Positions 1 through 14,761 of a stretch of 64,000 nt of DNA are shown here, piece by piece. The position numbers and the translations under genes are program-made. The stretch comes from Bugula neritina (lineage: Eukaryota; Animalia; Bryozoa): contig OZ037769.1 of assembly GCA_964035545.1 (NCBI GenBank), forward strand, positions 5,933,929 through 5,997,928, written 5' to 3'. Each line of letters begins with the position of its first letter. The first letter of the stretch is position 1. The notes under the pieces are model-generated. The model was not told the origin of the DNA and did not search any database. It saw only the letters and a list, made by a program, of their open reading frames with translations.

Positions 1-819
1 TGCAGTTGGTCTTTAGTTGATTTTGCCATCAATTTTTTCTCAGCATTGTAATATTTGCTACTGTAATAAACATGCTAGGCAGAAAAATCGGGATTTGCAT
101 TACAAAAATTAATTAATAAACATTCAATTTAATAATATTTTATTTTGGCAGCTTATAATTATACTTTTTGTTGTCAAAGATTTGTAAGTGTTTTGCAAAC
201 CTTTGTTGTATATCTTTGGTTTTAAATCATTTATTTAAAAAGTTTAGCTATTTTTCTGCCCATATTGTTTAAAATCAAATTTTTATTTATAAGTGGACTT
301 GTAAAACAGGAAAACTTATGCATCCCTGAAGTTTTATAAATCATATAAGTTGTAATACTTGCAACTTTACGTTATTATGATCAAAGATCTGTTCTTTATG
401 GCCTGTAAATACTGCTTTTCCAATCATCAATTAGCAAATACAATATAACAAATTATGAACTTGACCAGCTTTCAAAATATTATATATTGCAGTAATTAAA
501 AACTCACACTAGTAAAATGTTGACTACTCTAAAGCAGCAATATGCTACATAATCAGGTTTGTTTTCAAAATAAAAATATATAGATTTTTTGAAAAAAATT
601 CAAATAAATTTGAATTAGACTGCAATATGTTTTAATAAAAGATTCTATAGTGATGATGAGTCAAAGCAAAGAGTAGACAGTGAATGCATCAAGCAATTAC
701 TTGCACTGTTCTGCTAACTTCCCTAAAAGCATGGCAGGAAAATGAATTATAAATAACTTATAAATTTTATTAAACTGCAATTCCTAGTGTTGAGATTCCT
801 CGGTAGACCTCCTCCCCCA

Positions 820-900
820 CCCTGTAGTTTAATGGTTAACAGGCTAGCTTGTAAGTTGGAGGTCTGCGGCTCGATCTCAGGTGGGGGGGGGGCAGAAGTT
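820..900 (+). mobile_element. Degenerate tRNA-like SINE head of a second family
   Basis: TAGTTTAATGG (A-box-like) and GGCTCGATCTC (B-box-like) at tRNA spacing; no clean cloverleaf. Confidence 0.45.
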
Positions 901-3242
901 TTTACAAGAATTTCACTGCAATAGAATTCTCTAACAAGTTTACATAAGAATATTATGTGTGGCCAGTTAGATCTGACATCACATTTCTAGTTTATCACAT
1001 TATTAGTAGCTTTTTTCAAAAAGTGAGTTACTTGTGTGTGCAGTGTAGACGACATTGAGAGTTGTTAATAGAATATTTATTTCAATGGGCAGTTTGTCTT
1101 CAAATTAGGAATCGTAGTTTTAGTTGCTCAGGTTTCAATGAGTTGAATACTTCAGATAGTTAAACTTATGCTATATCATGTATTATATAAAAAGAGTTGG
1201 TGTAACAAAGCATTGACCCGGAGCTCTGGGAAGTCCACATAGGTAGAGAATAGCTATGCACCAAGCTCGAAATTCTTCAACTACTGCATGATCAAACAGC
1301 AACAATAAAACCCTACAATATTTTGCCTGTGGCGAAATATCTTGTGTATATAATCACTGCAATCACATCTAATGTAATTATTGCATAATCCAGGCAAGTC
1401 AAAGTTTGTGCTCATCAATTAGCAAGGCTACAAAAGGACCTTGAATTTATTTAATGAAACAACAAAAGGGGGCGAGCTCTATATATAGTATTATTGGATA
1501 ATAACCTTTCGGTTGGAAACTTTCTGCAAGAATGGACCTGTCAGTGCGAAGGTTATTCCATGACAGCTGCCTACCAGGTAGTCTAAACTCTAGGCAGCGC
1601 TGTTTTTGCTGACAGTTGGATTTAATAAAAATTTTATTTAAATTTAACGAGATATAAGTTTTGCACTTATTTTAGCATATGAAGTTGTCTCCCTTCAAAC
1701 TCAATAAAACCAAAGAACATGCATTTATGTACTTAAACATTTAAATTTTCTTTTCTTAAATGATTTAAATTTAAATGAGTGCTGAGTTTTATCATATGAT
1801 GAAAATGTTTAAATCCATAGCGTCACTAGAAAGTATCCTACAGAGAATAGCTAACAGAAAATAGCTGACAGAGAATAGCTAAAAGACAGGCGGTAAAGAT
1901 GGAGTCTGAACCTTGACGAAAATTATGAGCAAAGGTCTCATCGGAAAGTTGTCGTCTGCCAGCAACACACTCTCAACTTCCTCCAACAAACATTCCAATT
2001 CCAAATTTATTTGTGAAACATAAATTTAAGAGGTAGCTTCCTGTTAGAGGCAACAGAATTGGCAGCCCGATGACGATTGTAAATTTTAAAAAATTCAAGC
2101 AAAAACTACCTATGTCAATAAACTGATAATAGTAAACATTTTCATTTTTTTACCTGAATGAAACTATCTCAAGACCATGTTAATAGAGTACAAAGTCCTC
2201 GGCGATGCTCGTTTTGAGTATAAATAATGCATATCAATAACTGAAGGGAAAGTGAGGGAGTGCTGCCAATAACCGGCTGGCTAGTTTGCTGTCAGCACCC
2301 CAAATCAAACACAGACATCCTTTCATAAACTTCAAACATAACAAGCAAGACATTCTTCTCAAGATACTTGGCGTACTTTCACTTAATAAACTCGCTATGC
2401 ACCAAGAGCTGGAGACAAAGCTGACGTAATGGCAGCAAACATTGTTAATGTTAATGCGTATTTGTAATTCAATGTAACTTTCATGCATGCAAAATGGTTG
2501 TTTTTGGTAATTATCGTCATTTTTAGCAACTGTTGATACAAGATTTTTGTAATATATTTATTTCATGATTAATTTGATTATTTTAATACAAGTACCTTTA
2601 TAACATATAATTATTGCTACACCTATTTCCTAAATCTGACAATCTAAAGTTCTATAAATTATATCGTAGTTTATAGAATATACATTTAAAAACTTCTACA
2701 AATTTGAGAGAACTGGTTGGCTACTTAATTATTCGATTTTTTTTATAAATTTTGACTGATTTTTTCAAAACTAAGCAGTTGATAAACTGTTTCGTAAATT
2801 CCCAAGTAATTAAACTAAGATAAATATTTAACCACGTCCATATAATTTGAACAGAATTATTGAACTACCGTCTTTTACTGGTAACTGATGTCTAGCCTCT
2901 CTTTACGATACCACCACAGATGTGGCATATACAAACAGGCAAAATTTTTTGCCTTTTTAGGGTCACAATGTTACGAAAAAAGAGGCAAAAATTCCATTCA
3001 TTTCCACAAAAACATGTGGTCTGTTGATTGTAGAGATAGATAACTTTATTTAAAACAAGACAAATACTATGGAATCATGAAAACATTATTCAAAAACAAG
3101 TCTATTTACTGTAGAAATAGAAGCTAAAAAATATGATACTTCTATACAATTTAAGCTTCATGTATAGTACTATTAATACGTTGAGATAAAATATAATACA
3201 GTTGTTAAATGTTTAGTCAATAGTACACAAAATAAAACTTTA

Positions 3243-6200
3243 TTAGCCGCCACTTGTCTCCGGGATTTCCTTTTCAACATTATTTTGTGCGTCTGTATGC
3301 AGCAGATAGTCTTCTATAAAAGATGGATATTCTTTTAATAGTTGCAAGTGAGTTTAGGCAGATACCATGAAATTAGTATGAATAAGATATGCACAGCCAG
3401 AAATGTAGCTGCCTCTACCAAGGTGAAGAAACCCAATGTAATTGGCTAAACTAGGGTTCAACAATCACCCTTCACTCGTGACATTGAAAAAGTTTAAAAT
3501 TTAGCTATTTTGACAGTTCATGCTAAAATATGGGACGCATTTCTAAAAGAGTAGAAAATATTTAGCATTCAAGTGAAGTCGTTGAGAATGCTAGTATAAA
3601 CTAGTCATTGGGTGCTTGGCATAGAAACATGTGACTTTGCCAAAATTACTGAAATAACATAGTGATAACATAAACAATAATTATATTACAATCTAAATAA
3701 ATCAAAGTACATACACTTTTATTGCTGACAAGCTAAACTAGAACCATCTGGCTCTATAGTAATTTTACTAACAAAGAGTAAAATATATAAAAATTGTATA
3801 CTGCATTTAGTGGTCACCATATATTTTAGTTATGGTCTAGATTAGCTTAGCTTACAACTTTTTAATTACAAACTGCAGAACTTTAACAAATATTTACCAG
3901 AAATTGACAAACGATGAGGTGATATTTCAAGTCACAAATCTTGCTGCATTAAAGTACAACTACTAAGAACCTAATAAGGAATTGTGTATAAATATTAGAT
4001 GCAATTTATGCAGGACTCATGTAAGATGCTTAGAAAAAAATTCACATCAACTATCCCTGTAAAAACCCCGGATGGAAATGGCTTTTTTAAAACGGGTTCA
4101 TGACTTAGTGATATGTGATACAGGAGCAACTATGACTGGATGCTCTTCCTAACATCACCAATGGCCTTTGTCGGGGTTCGAACCCATGACTTCGTGTTTA
4201 GTAAGCCAACGCTCTAACCCCTAGACCAGGGCTGTAAGAATTCTATATAACATACATATTTGTAAGCACACTGTAGCCTACCTGGAGACAGAAGGGCACC
4301 CATTTGGGAACTGTACTCTTGCAGCTTTGGTAATATGATGGCCACATATCCATCTGACCATGGCTACAATTAGTAACAATACCACAATGTAGTGTTCACA
4401 AAAAATAGTGCTCAAAACATGTGTGTTGATGTAATGTAGACCCAGGTCAACAACCAGTTGGCTAAAATAGTAATGGATATAGAGATGTGCCTTTGTGGTG
4501 GACAGCTACAGCCAGAAATATTATTTACAAAACAAGATAACATTCTCCGTCTGCTTACTAGGAAGTATTGCAATGTTTGGAAACTTTTTTGCCAAATCTT
4601 GTTTTGCAGAATAGAATATGTAAGTCACCATAGAAGCTTGTTTGTGTTTACTGCAAGAGTGACCGAAGCAAATATTTGGGAAAACTTAGTGGTTTGTATG
4701 TTGTCCAGTATAATCAGCTGACCCATGGCAAGTAAAACAAGTAGATACAATTTTGAGGATTATAAAAGAGACCACCAATGATGGTAAGTAAACCGGGCTA
4801 ATCAAAAAATTAAATGATAACAGCTAACTGAAAAGCAACATAAAATATTCTACATCTTCATTGGTATCCGTGAATAACAGTAACAAGATGACAATCTGAA
4901 AGGCAGGTTTTAGATGAATGCAAAAAAACAAAAATAAAATAAAATACTTTCTCATGGAGACTGAACGCAAAATTTCTTATTAGCTGGTGAACTTCCCAGC
5001 TGCTGTTGAACAAAAATAATCAGTGCAATGCAGCACTACAGTCACAACCAGAGCTGTGATAAGTTTTAGGTACAGAAATCTTAAAATCAGTTAGCATTGA
5101 TTTTCTATTCATTTAGTCTGAAATAAAGACTCGAGGCACGGCAGCAGACAGCATATTACAGTCAGTTGCCAGATTTATGACTCAACCTTCAGCAGAACAT
5201 CATCAAGGAAATTTCCAATTTGAAATAAAATCATATTCCACAAGCTGCCTAATAAAATAAAGCTTAAAACCTGTTAGATTACGCATGTGTGCAAATGAAA
5301 TTCGGACCAAGTAAAAATGTTGCTGTTGTCATTGTTGACACGCAGTTCTAATTTTGACACACTATATAATAGTGCAGCTTCATTTTTCAAAGCTTGTATT
5401 ATTTATAATTACAATGTTACATGCACATGACAAGGTAAGGCAAATACAAAGATTGACATAGTATTGTATAATAGTGAGTAATATTTACTGAGTGAACTCT
5501 GGGGTGCAGATTAAACATCAATTTGTAGGCTATTTATTTCAAAATATTGATCTTACTATTTTCATCTCTGCTGCGTGAGGTGGAATGTTATTGATATAAG
5601 TGGTTGCCTTAGCAACTAGCATAACAACACTTTCGTGGAGAAAAATATTGTCAACACCCTTAGAAAAGTGGGACTATTTTTAGCCACCCATTTTTAATTC
5701 CAACTGTATTGCAATAATTATCTTACAAAACAACTTACATGGCAAACACATTAATTTTTAAATGATATACTATCTAAAAACATCATAAGATGTCTATAAA
5801 TGAAAGATTCCACAATATATTAGCATACAGACTTGACAATTACTACATATTTAAAAGATAACAAATATTTTAATATTTTAACTTTTGTCATATAACAATT
5901 TCTTAGCCTTGGTGCTTTCAATTTATTGAGCAACTCTTTCGGGAACAATTACTGGACAATTACCATTACAAAAATCACAAAAACTGTTGTACTATTATTT
6001 TTAATTAGAATGTCTACAGATTCTAAAGAAGATGTAGGTAGACTTCCTCTGCCAATGCCGACTGAGATAGATAATTGAGCACGCTCAACGACAAGTGATA
6101 ATTAACTCTGTCACCCAATGGCTATGAGGCAATATAGTTATATTTCCTGACTAATAAATTTTAAGCAAAGGCCATAATTAAAAAGCTTAAAAAGTCCAAA

Positions 6201-9200
6201 GATTGAAACTAATCAATAAAATATACATCTATAATAACACAATTAATTAGATGGTACAATATTTCTAACCACGGCCTCTATTGCACAAACAGTATCAATG
6301 CACATTGAAGAGACATGATAAATAAAATAAGTGCTCTGGTACACTTCTGTGACCAAAGAACTCCTTACCCTGACAAAAGTTTTAAATATTGATTGATATT
6401 GAAGAGTATTGAGTTGTGTGAGCTAATATGTAGAACTCTATTACCCGACAGACCAGAAAGAAAAGATAGAAACAGCAAGATTGGACAGTAGTGGATTGAG
6501 TGAAAAGGATAATTTGTATATTACACAGACAACTCTCTACTGCCTAATGTTGAGATAATATTGAAAACCATCATAAACTTAGTGCCTTTCCCAATGAGAG
6601 ATTGAAATGGAATTTGTCCGAATATGTGCATTATCAAAAGAGTCTACAATATAAGTTGTCAAAATCGTCTTATAAATATAATATTATAATGGTGTAAATG
6701 ATTAACAGTTCTGGCTTTCAATTTTTTAAAATAACTCTATTATGAGTAAATTTCATATGTGATACATAAAGTGTTTACCAGATTTCAAATTGTATCTCAG
6801 CTATAAGATGTTCTGTGAGAATTTGGTGTGATGCAACTTAAGAAAATAAGTGAATTCAGTTCAGACACTTATTTTCAGCTCAACTAACTCTTCCCAACAA
6901 CGCTAAACTATTACAAAAAAAGCAGTAGCTCAGTTAAACTTAATTTTCACACTTTAATCGCGACATAAATGTTGTTTAGATTTGAGTGTCTGGAATAATG
7001 AGCTTGTTTTACAGTTAAATGTCGATAGATGTCAGAAAGTGATGAAAATCCCAAAATAAAACACATAAAAAATCTAATTCCAGCTTCCTAACCGCGGACT
7101 TTGACCCTGTTGCTGACTGAAGACAGGAAATTTGAATTGCAATAGCTAACTTATAAAAAATGAAAAAATGCATGGCAAAACTTGCAAACCCTAGATTTGT
7201 GATTTTACATTCAACTGCGGCAGACAAAATTAGCACATTTTTCAACATTGCTGGGCAAATAATCACAAACAACTAACTTCTTGGAGAAAAAACCGAGGAT
7301 CCTTGCGTAGCAGGCATACTTTAGACAACAAAAGACACCAGTTACTAACCATAATGTGCTGGAATGTAAATCTGCTACAGGCAAATATAAGTAAATACCT
7401 CTAACCAAGCATTACATAGAAATTATGTAGAATTGTATTAATAGACTTGGAAAGACAACTCCTTTACACTAACTTCTTTTACAAGAATCGGTGATATATA
7501 ATAATATTTTATGACATGAATTCTATCTAGAGAAGAACCCGCTTAAGTTTCAAAATTAGGTAAGTCCTCATTGAAAAGCACAGCTAACTGGTAACAATAT
7601 CTTGAGAGTGAAAGTTATAAGAAACATATTTCTCAGATATGATTGCTCAGCCAAAAGCAACTTGTTTATTAGTTTACAGTCTGAATCCGGGAGTGATGTC
7701 ATTGGGAAGTCAAATATCCGAGACAAGAACTTCAAAAATGTTCGACACTATAAGTAAACATAGTATAGGTGAGTGTAGCTGCCGGGCAGCGCAATGTAAA
7801 CATAGACTGGGCACTGTCCAGTCACTGGTCAAAGGTCAAACTGAGTTCAAACTATTCTATGAAATATTTTAGGAAGTCAGTCCTAGCAACTACTATTATA
7901 ACACACATACCACGACACAAAGCTCACACAAATTTTATTGGTATATAATCACACTGTTTATCATTTATTTGTATGCTGTTGATTTGAGTAAAATAGAAAA
8001 ATACCCACTAATGACTAACCTGATTATGCAAATTGTTCGTTGCCGAATATCTATTGACAGGAAGCAATTCATATCAGAATTATTCAGCATATCCCATCCA
8101 TAGCGGGATAGTATAGTGAAGTGGTGAAGCAAGTATTCAACGTTTGGTAGACACATAAACACAACGAAAATCTTGGAATAATCTCCTTTATTTCAACACA
8201 AAAGCATACATGTGAAAAATTTGAGTATTTTTACTTCTGATCGTTCTGACTTTACCCACATGGCTGATATATATCAAGAAATCCTTTTTAAAACATCAGT
8301 AACCAAGTATTACCAGTGTTATTACACAATTTCAGAAGTTTCTAAGAAAACTCATCGATTGTAAATTACTGTGGAATGCACAGCACTGCATAACTCCAGT
8401 GTGTAGAGTTATAAAAAGACACACTTAATTGACACATAATGAAGTCAAGCTCCACACTTTGCAAAGTTTGACCACAGCTATGTGGTTTCCAACCATAGAA
8501 ATGCCACCAAAAGATAAATATTGAACTTGCAAACTAATGGAGCTTTCCCTTGACAGATTAGATGTACTTTGACTGGTCTAAGTTGAATAGATCATGAAAT
8601 CAGAGCCTGGTTTATGATACTAAAAACAACTCACACAAGTTTATAGTCACTACCCCTTTGAAAATCTCTGATGGAAAGGTTTTTTTTAGCAGGCTAAGGA
8701 CTTATTTAGGTGGGGCACAGGAGCAATTATGACTGGGTGCTTTTCCTAGCATCACCAATGGCCTTTACCTCGATCATACCCATAACCTTCTATTTACTGA
8801 GCAAAAGCCCTAACCCCTAGACCACGGCTCTCCCTTTAGCCCTTGATACTATGCACCACAAAATGAAATCATCGAATCCAAACACACTAAATAAACTGCT
8901 GAAAGTCAAAAAGAATACAAACATAAACTAGAGTAGCACTTGAATACTGAAAACTCAAGCCAAACTCTTGCCAGCTAATTTTCTATTATAGTTTTAATTA
9001 TTTACAGTGTCTTAAGTATTATAATTATAGGAGACGAGTTATCACTTCCAATACTATACATATTTCATATATGTAAGGTTTTGATGTCTAGAATAAACCG
9101 AAATCAGCCTGAAACTAATGTAGACGACATCTATCAGCTGGACTAAACCTCAGATAACAGAAATTATGTCAGAATTTTTCTAACTAAGCTGTCATTCAAA

Positions 9201-11972
9201 AGGTTAGTAACAAACAAAACGATAACAATTAATAGAAGCTCTTGATTAAAAATATTGTACACTTGAACGAAATCATAATTCAATAATTATAGTAGCAAAA
9301 TACAGTGATGTCGTAGCATAATAAAACAGTGGCATAGCAACATAATAATATAGCAGTATGGTAATACAGTAGATCATAATATTAGTACTTATACTAGTTG
9401 TACAAATATTAACTCTAAATTTTAAAATTTTACGTTTCACTATTCTTATATAGCAGCTCCAACAACATATTAAAATCTATACAAGCCACACTAAACTCAG
9501 ATCTAATCTAATGAGATGACCGTTTATTAAATTTAAACATATCAAGCAATGTTAGATTGGAGTTACTATGCTACCATTTTGTTAGACATCTGTATTATTA
9601 CTATCTATCAGTTTTTTTTGGCTAGTGTTTGATCAAATATGACATTTATCGCTTGTCTCCACATTTGCATTAGTTATAGAGATCAAGGCAAGACAACTCT
9701 TCTGGTTTCAGTGAGCTCTGAAGTGACTCAAAAGCATCGAAGCAAAATTTTACTAAAATTAAATTTGCTGTAGTGCCAAAGCACTAAATTATAGAAAGAG
9801 GACACAAAGTAATCACCAACCTTAGACACAAGAAGGGAAGGGTTGTCTAGCAGTCTAGTATTCACTTCCACCAGTCTCCCTTTCACACAGGAATATATGG
9901 TGTAGACAGAACCGTCTGCACAGGTGACTAGACACACAACACCTGTCTCCGAGACAAACTGAGCATTCTAGTGAAATAATAGAAAGATTATACAGAATGA
10001 AGGTTTATATGAATTATATATTCAAATTTTTAGTATAAAAATGTGAAGCATTATAATAGCAGGGCATTTTCGGAGTTATCATACCATATCATGCAAATGA
10101 GAATACAATTCTTAAACTATAATGATAATTTATGTTTTTATTAGACAAATTAATGCCAAAATGTAACTAAAACGTAGGGCTTTGTTTTTACAAGCATCTG
10201 CAATTAATATTTTTAATGAGGAATAGAAATAAATTCACTAAAAAGCTGTAAATGACCGAGTACAATGTCTTTAAATGACTCATTGATTAAAAAATTACAT
10301 GTTAACACTTAACTAGAAGATACATAAAATTAAACGCTATGAAAAATTACTATTATTAAGACAATGAATAAAATGTCAACTAACTCTCTTATTTTTTCCA
10401 GAGGCCTGACTCTCCAATCGATTTCTCTTTTTATCAACTTGGAAAGATACAGACTGTACATTCTTCTTCTCACGCAGGATGGCATGTGACGGGGCTAAAG
10501 TCACCAAACACAACCTACCAAACATACATGATGCTGCACTTTCTTGAACGAGATAAAATTAATTAAATGCATTTAATTTCAAATTAAGAATAGTAACCTT
10601 TATGCTTGCAACTTGCATCACTTACTTGTTACTGTGACATAAAATGCAAAAGTCATTTCCACTTTGTCCTTTTACAGCTAAAATATATAAAAAGAAAGTT
10701 TTCAACAAAATTACTATTAGTTTTAAATTGGGACTTATTATGCATTTGTATCAGTTAAGAAAAGCAAGTTTTAAAATAGTTATTTCTTGGTAAAAAAGTG
10801 AAAATCTCAATACAGTAAGAACCAAAACCATGATCACTATACATCCATTAGACTCTAGTTGTCCTTCACATAGCGACAGAACGTAGGACAGAACATAATA
10901 ATATTAATTAGATAATCTTGTCACATAAGCCTAAGCCCTAAGGTATAATTACAATATCTTTTACTAATATCAAAATCCAAACTCACTGTTTATCTTCATA
11001 TTTTACATTTTTATGGTACTTTATACAATATAACATAAATGACCACATTAAACATTATTTAAGACAATCTTGAAATATGCCAAAGCAATGAAGTATCAGC
11101 ATGATAACAACCTTTAATTTAGAAAATTATTCAGTAATAAGTTTATACTTTTAGTTGCAAACTATAATTTGCTATCCTAAACATAAACAGTTTTATAATT
11201 TCAGATACGTCGTAAGTTTTTATTTTTATTAGTTATAATATAATTATTATTAAATAATTAAGCTCTATTTTTCCAAAATTTCCCTTTATTGTCAATATTT
11301 GCTTAACCTGTACATTTACTTTTAGTTTAACATTTACCATTTCATTCAATAGCAAATTAGCATACAGAAAAATTTATCTGGTGTATTTTTTAAAATGTGA
11401 TTTATTACACATAAACCTTGTCCTGGCCCCTGAAATTAGGCTTAGCATTGTCATATTTATAACTTATAAGTTATAACTCACAAATTGATACCACACAACT
11501 CCCTTAAAATTGCCCAAATATCATTACTTATTACTTATTAGCATTGAAAGCATATTCCTCAAAATTTTAGTTTTATGATTTTTTTCAAAGACTAGAAGCC
11601 AAACTAAAATTGAAATTTAAAGTAAAAGGAAGAATGAAAGTAAAATAAAAAAACAAATGAATAATCATGATGACCCTGGGCCTGGCAGACTTTTACTTTG
11701 ACTTTAACTTTAAGCTTCAAGTTCATATATTAATTTTAAAGCAAGACATGTGCTATGACTTAAAGTTGATTCTAGTATTACAAATAGAATAATACTATTA
11801 ATATTACTATTAGTATTACTACTAGACATCAGTAAAACAAAAATTATTTAATTTAGTATTTACCAGTCTTATATTTTTTAGTGTAATATCGCTCAACCAC
11901 CGTTGGATATTCATATACATTCGGTTCAATATTTTGTTTTAATTTTTCCTTAGAAATTTCCTGGCTTTCCAT
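3243..11972 (-). CDS. ABITRAM: Protein Abitram / Simiate (FAM206A, C9orf6 homolog), 6 coding exons, ~196 aa
   Basis: Exons (minus): 11864-11972, 10626-10677, 10385-10514, 9821-9967, 4282-4363, 3243-3313. All junctions are GT-AG with compatible phases. Translation includes YPTVVERYYT...CILCHSNKLCLVTLAPSH...IYSCVKGRLVEVNTRLLDNPSLL...PWSDGYVAIILPK, matching Abitram-family motifs as I recall them. The last exon is the least certain. Confidence 0.88.
4050..4233 (-). mobile_element. tRNA-derived SINE, copy 1
   Basis: Minus-strand head GCCCTGGTCTAGGGGTTAGAGCG (A box) ... GGTTCGAACCC (B box), then a non-tRNA body shared with 8649-8829. Confidence 0.75.
8649..8829 (-). mobile_element. tRNA-derived SINE, copy 2 (more diverged)
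   Basis: Aligns along its length with 4050-4233 (CAGGAGCAA.TATGACTGG.TGCT.TTCCTA.CATCACCAATGGCCTTT ... CTAACCCCTAGACCA.GGCT). Confidence 0.75.
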
Positions 11973-12510
11973 AATTTTTGCAGTTTGATAGTTCAAATTT
12001 TGCAAACCTAATTTTAAAGCGGAATTTTAAATGCATGTAACTTATTTAATTTTATACTACAAGTACTGGTATGTACCTCACCACATTTATTTTATCATGA
12101 TGATAACCAAAGAAACAGAAATCTGAACTCTTCTGCATAACCATTTGATTTTCATGAAAGTATGCAATGAAGATATCAAAGATAAGCTATAATATAACTT
12201 TGCGACTCTTGGCAGGATAGTCAAGTGTCACTGAAAAAAGATTATTGTGAAAAACAGAACAACTGCTAATTTGTCGACTCAAGTTTACAATCTTATTTTG
12301 AAACATTTTAACTTCAGCTGCTAATTTTCTATTAAACTGTCAATAATAGTAGCAAAACCTTCTACGTGTACACGACGCTTTTTACGGACTATGATACCAG
12401 ACACAGTATTGCCGGAGATTGGGCTCACTGAAACTGTTTCAAGTGCCCAAGATTGAATTTAGATAGCTAACCATTTCTTCTTTCGCTGATAAATCACATT
12501 CTGCATTATT
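11973..12510. promoter_or_regulatory. Putative bidirectional promoter region between ABITRAM and ATP5ME
   Basis: Divergent start codons only 538 bp apart; CpG locally more frequent around 12360-12540. Confidence 0.6.
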
Positions 12511-14761
12511 ATGCCTTCTGTCCCACACAAACCACCGAACCCTGCCACATCTCCTTTAGTGAGAGTAAGTGTTTTTAAGCTCTCATTTTTAACACAATAT
12601 GAATACTATTGAATTTCTTATCGATATTTTTATTTTATAATCATTTTCATTTTGATTTTCATTTTGATTAATTTTTTAAAACTTGATTAATATTATAGTA
12701 AGAATATTAATAAATATACTATCACTTTATTTTTTATTATTAATTATACTACAATTGTTTATTTATTTTTAGTTTTGGATTATAACCAACAGTAAGTGTA
12801 ACACTACCACAGTAACAGTAAAATTATTCAAATTCAATCATTATCATAATGATGATATTCATATTGCATTTCAATTTGATTATCACAACGATAATGATTT
12901 AGATAATGGCAATGAAAATAATTATCATCATAATATTGATGATTATCAATGATTCAACAATGAGTATGACCATCACGATGGTCTTCAAATTCAAATATCG
13001 TCCATTATCATCATGGATTTGATTGAATTTGATCATTGCAATTCCAATTGTCATTGTAATACTGATACTGATGCAGTGATTAACTGATTATCATTGCCTC
13101 ATACTCATAGTCATAGTCATGGAGATCATCATAATTAGTATTATGATGATTTAAATTATTTTAAGGTTGATGTTTACTTCAAGTCTAGCTTAAGTATAAT
13201 AGGTTAACTTTAAGGCTAAGGTAGATGATTATCTCACTCTGAATCTGTAATTTAGTAGACGTAGTCACTCACATTGTTCATTAGTGACATTACACTTGCA
13301 TTTTATGCTTATGTTACTTGGCTATTGTAAAAGACTATAATTAAAGCTCAAGTTAAGTTGCACTGAGATTGATGGTAAGTTACGGTTGCGCTTACACTTA
13401 CAGTGACAATTACAAGTTGACTAATTACTCAAGCTCATTGATTGGGAGTTTGCCATTCTGATTCTTATATTGATAGTGATGCTTATACTAATAGTCATAA
13501 TAATGCAGTTATAGTTGCCGTTATAACATTAGCATTGTGATTATCATAATCATTATGATTATAATTGAATAGATATTCATACTGACAAGCTAAATCAGAC
13601 ACTTTTTATAATAACACATATATATTTCTTACACCTACATAGTTACACTAATACTTAGACCTACAGTTGTTGTATGTTAAGCTGAATGAAGTAGTGCTTG
13701 GATTTATCAACAGAAACTTGAGTTTCACATGCTGTAATGTGTAAGTGTTTTATTTTATTGTAGGGGAGTAGATATGTTATGCTGGGATTAGGAATATTGT
13801 ACGGATCTTGGCAAATGAGTAAGTATTTATTTGATAGTTTTTGAAGTTGCCATAAGCCAATAACAGACTGATATTTTACAGTCTCAAAGATCCTATTTTA
13901 TTTTTAATCAACCATTACTAAAGCTTCCTTTAAAATTCATTAAGACTTAAAATCATAATCTTAACCCGTTATCATATATAAGATGCATCCAAATGTATTT
14001 CTTATTTATTAAGCTTGCAGCTGGTGTTTAAAAGTACCAGCTGTTACTTTGTGAAGTTTTAGTCATGCCTAATCACAACGATATGATTTTTTTAAGTCTT
14101 CGTTAGAGACTAAATTTGGAGAGGACATATTTTTTATATAGTGTTCACATAGTTTGGGTTGTTGATTTTATGAGTTGTCTACTCAGAGCACTTGTGTAAA
14201 GTGCAACAATGATTATTCTATACTTTGTACTTGTTGAGGCTAAAACATAAAGCTGCTCTAATCAAATATTTAGCCAGAAAATGCTAGCACTACAATATTT
14301 CAATTTCATTTGTTCTTGTAGAGAGACTTTCAAAGAAAGAAGTAGAAATACAGAAAGTTGAAAATGCAATTAGAGCTAAACGTGACGCTAGGTTAGCCAA
14401 AGAAGCTGAGGCAAACATGAAAGGTATTTTTTAGTCTAATACTATATTATTGTATAATTTTGGTGCATATTTAATCAGATTTGGATTATATATATATTGA
14501 TTTTATATTGTGTTTTTATACAGTTGCAATGCATAAAGTTGTAATGCATGTTGTTTTTTTTTAATAATTGATCTGTCATTGTAGACAATTTAAACATTCT
14601 AGCAAAATTGATTTAAACTCTGTGTTATACATAAATATCAAGAACTTTGGCCATTAGCTTGTGTTTTTAATTAGTAGATTTATCTATACCCATGTACTAT
14701 TTCTTTTACAGTTGAAATGAATGACCTAGCAAAAGAAATGGGAGTTGAAAACAGAATGTAG
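12511..14761 (+). CDS. ATP5ME: Mitochondrial ATP synthase subunit e, 4 coding exons, 86 aa (absent from the ORF track)
   Basis: Exons 12511-12564, 13764-13818, 14322-14423, 14712-14761, GT-AG and in phase. Protein MPSVPHKPPNPATSPLVRGSRYVMLGLGILYGSWQMKRLSKKEVEIQKVENAIRAKRDARLAKEAEANMKVEMNDLAKEMGVENRM has the SPL..R...GxxYG transmembrane segment followed by a charged coiled coil, typical of subunit e. AATAAA at 14900-14905. Confidence 0.9.

Noticed and set aside
1850-2490. GC/CpG-richer stretch with an 84-aa ORF, possible promoter or TE remnant
   Set aside because: No recognisable protein motif, consistent exon structure or terminal repeats.
4165-4233. Functional tRNA gene
   Set aside because: A and B boxes are present, but there is no proper acceptor stem and the sequence continues into a body shared with a second copy, so it is a SINE head.
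9670-9717. Nearby in-frame terminal exon for ABITRAM (SSLKPEELSCLDLYN*)
   Set aside because: Lacks the conserved GY(V/I)A motif, which is found in exon 4282-4363.
13372-13380. ATG|GTAAGT as the first exon of ATP5ME
   Set aside because: Exon 12511-12564 supplies the conserved SPLxR N-terminus; this site lies in low-complexity intron sequence.
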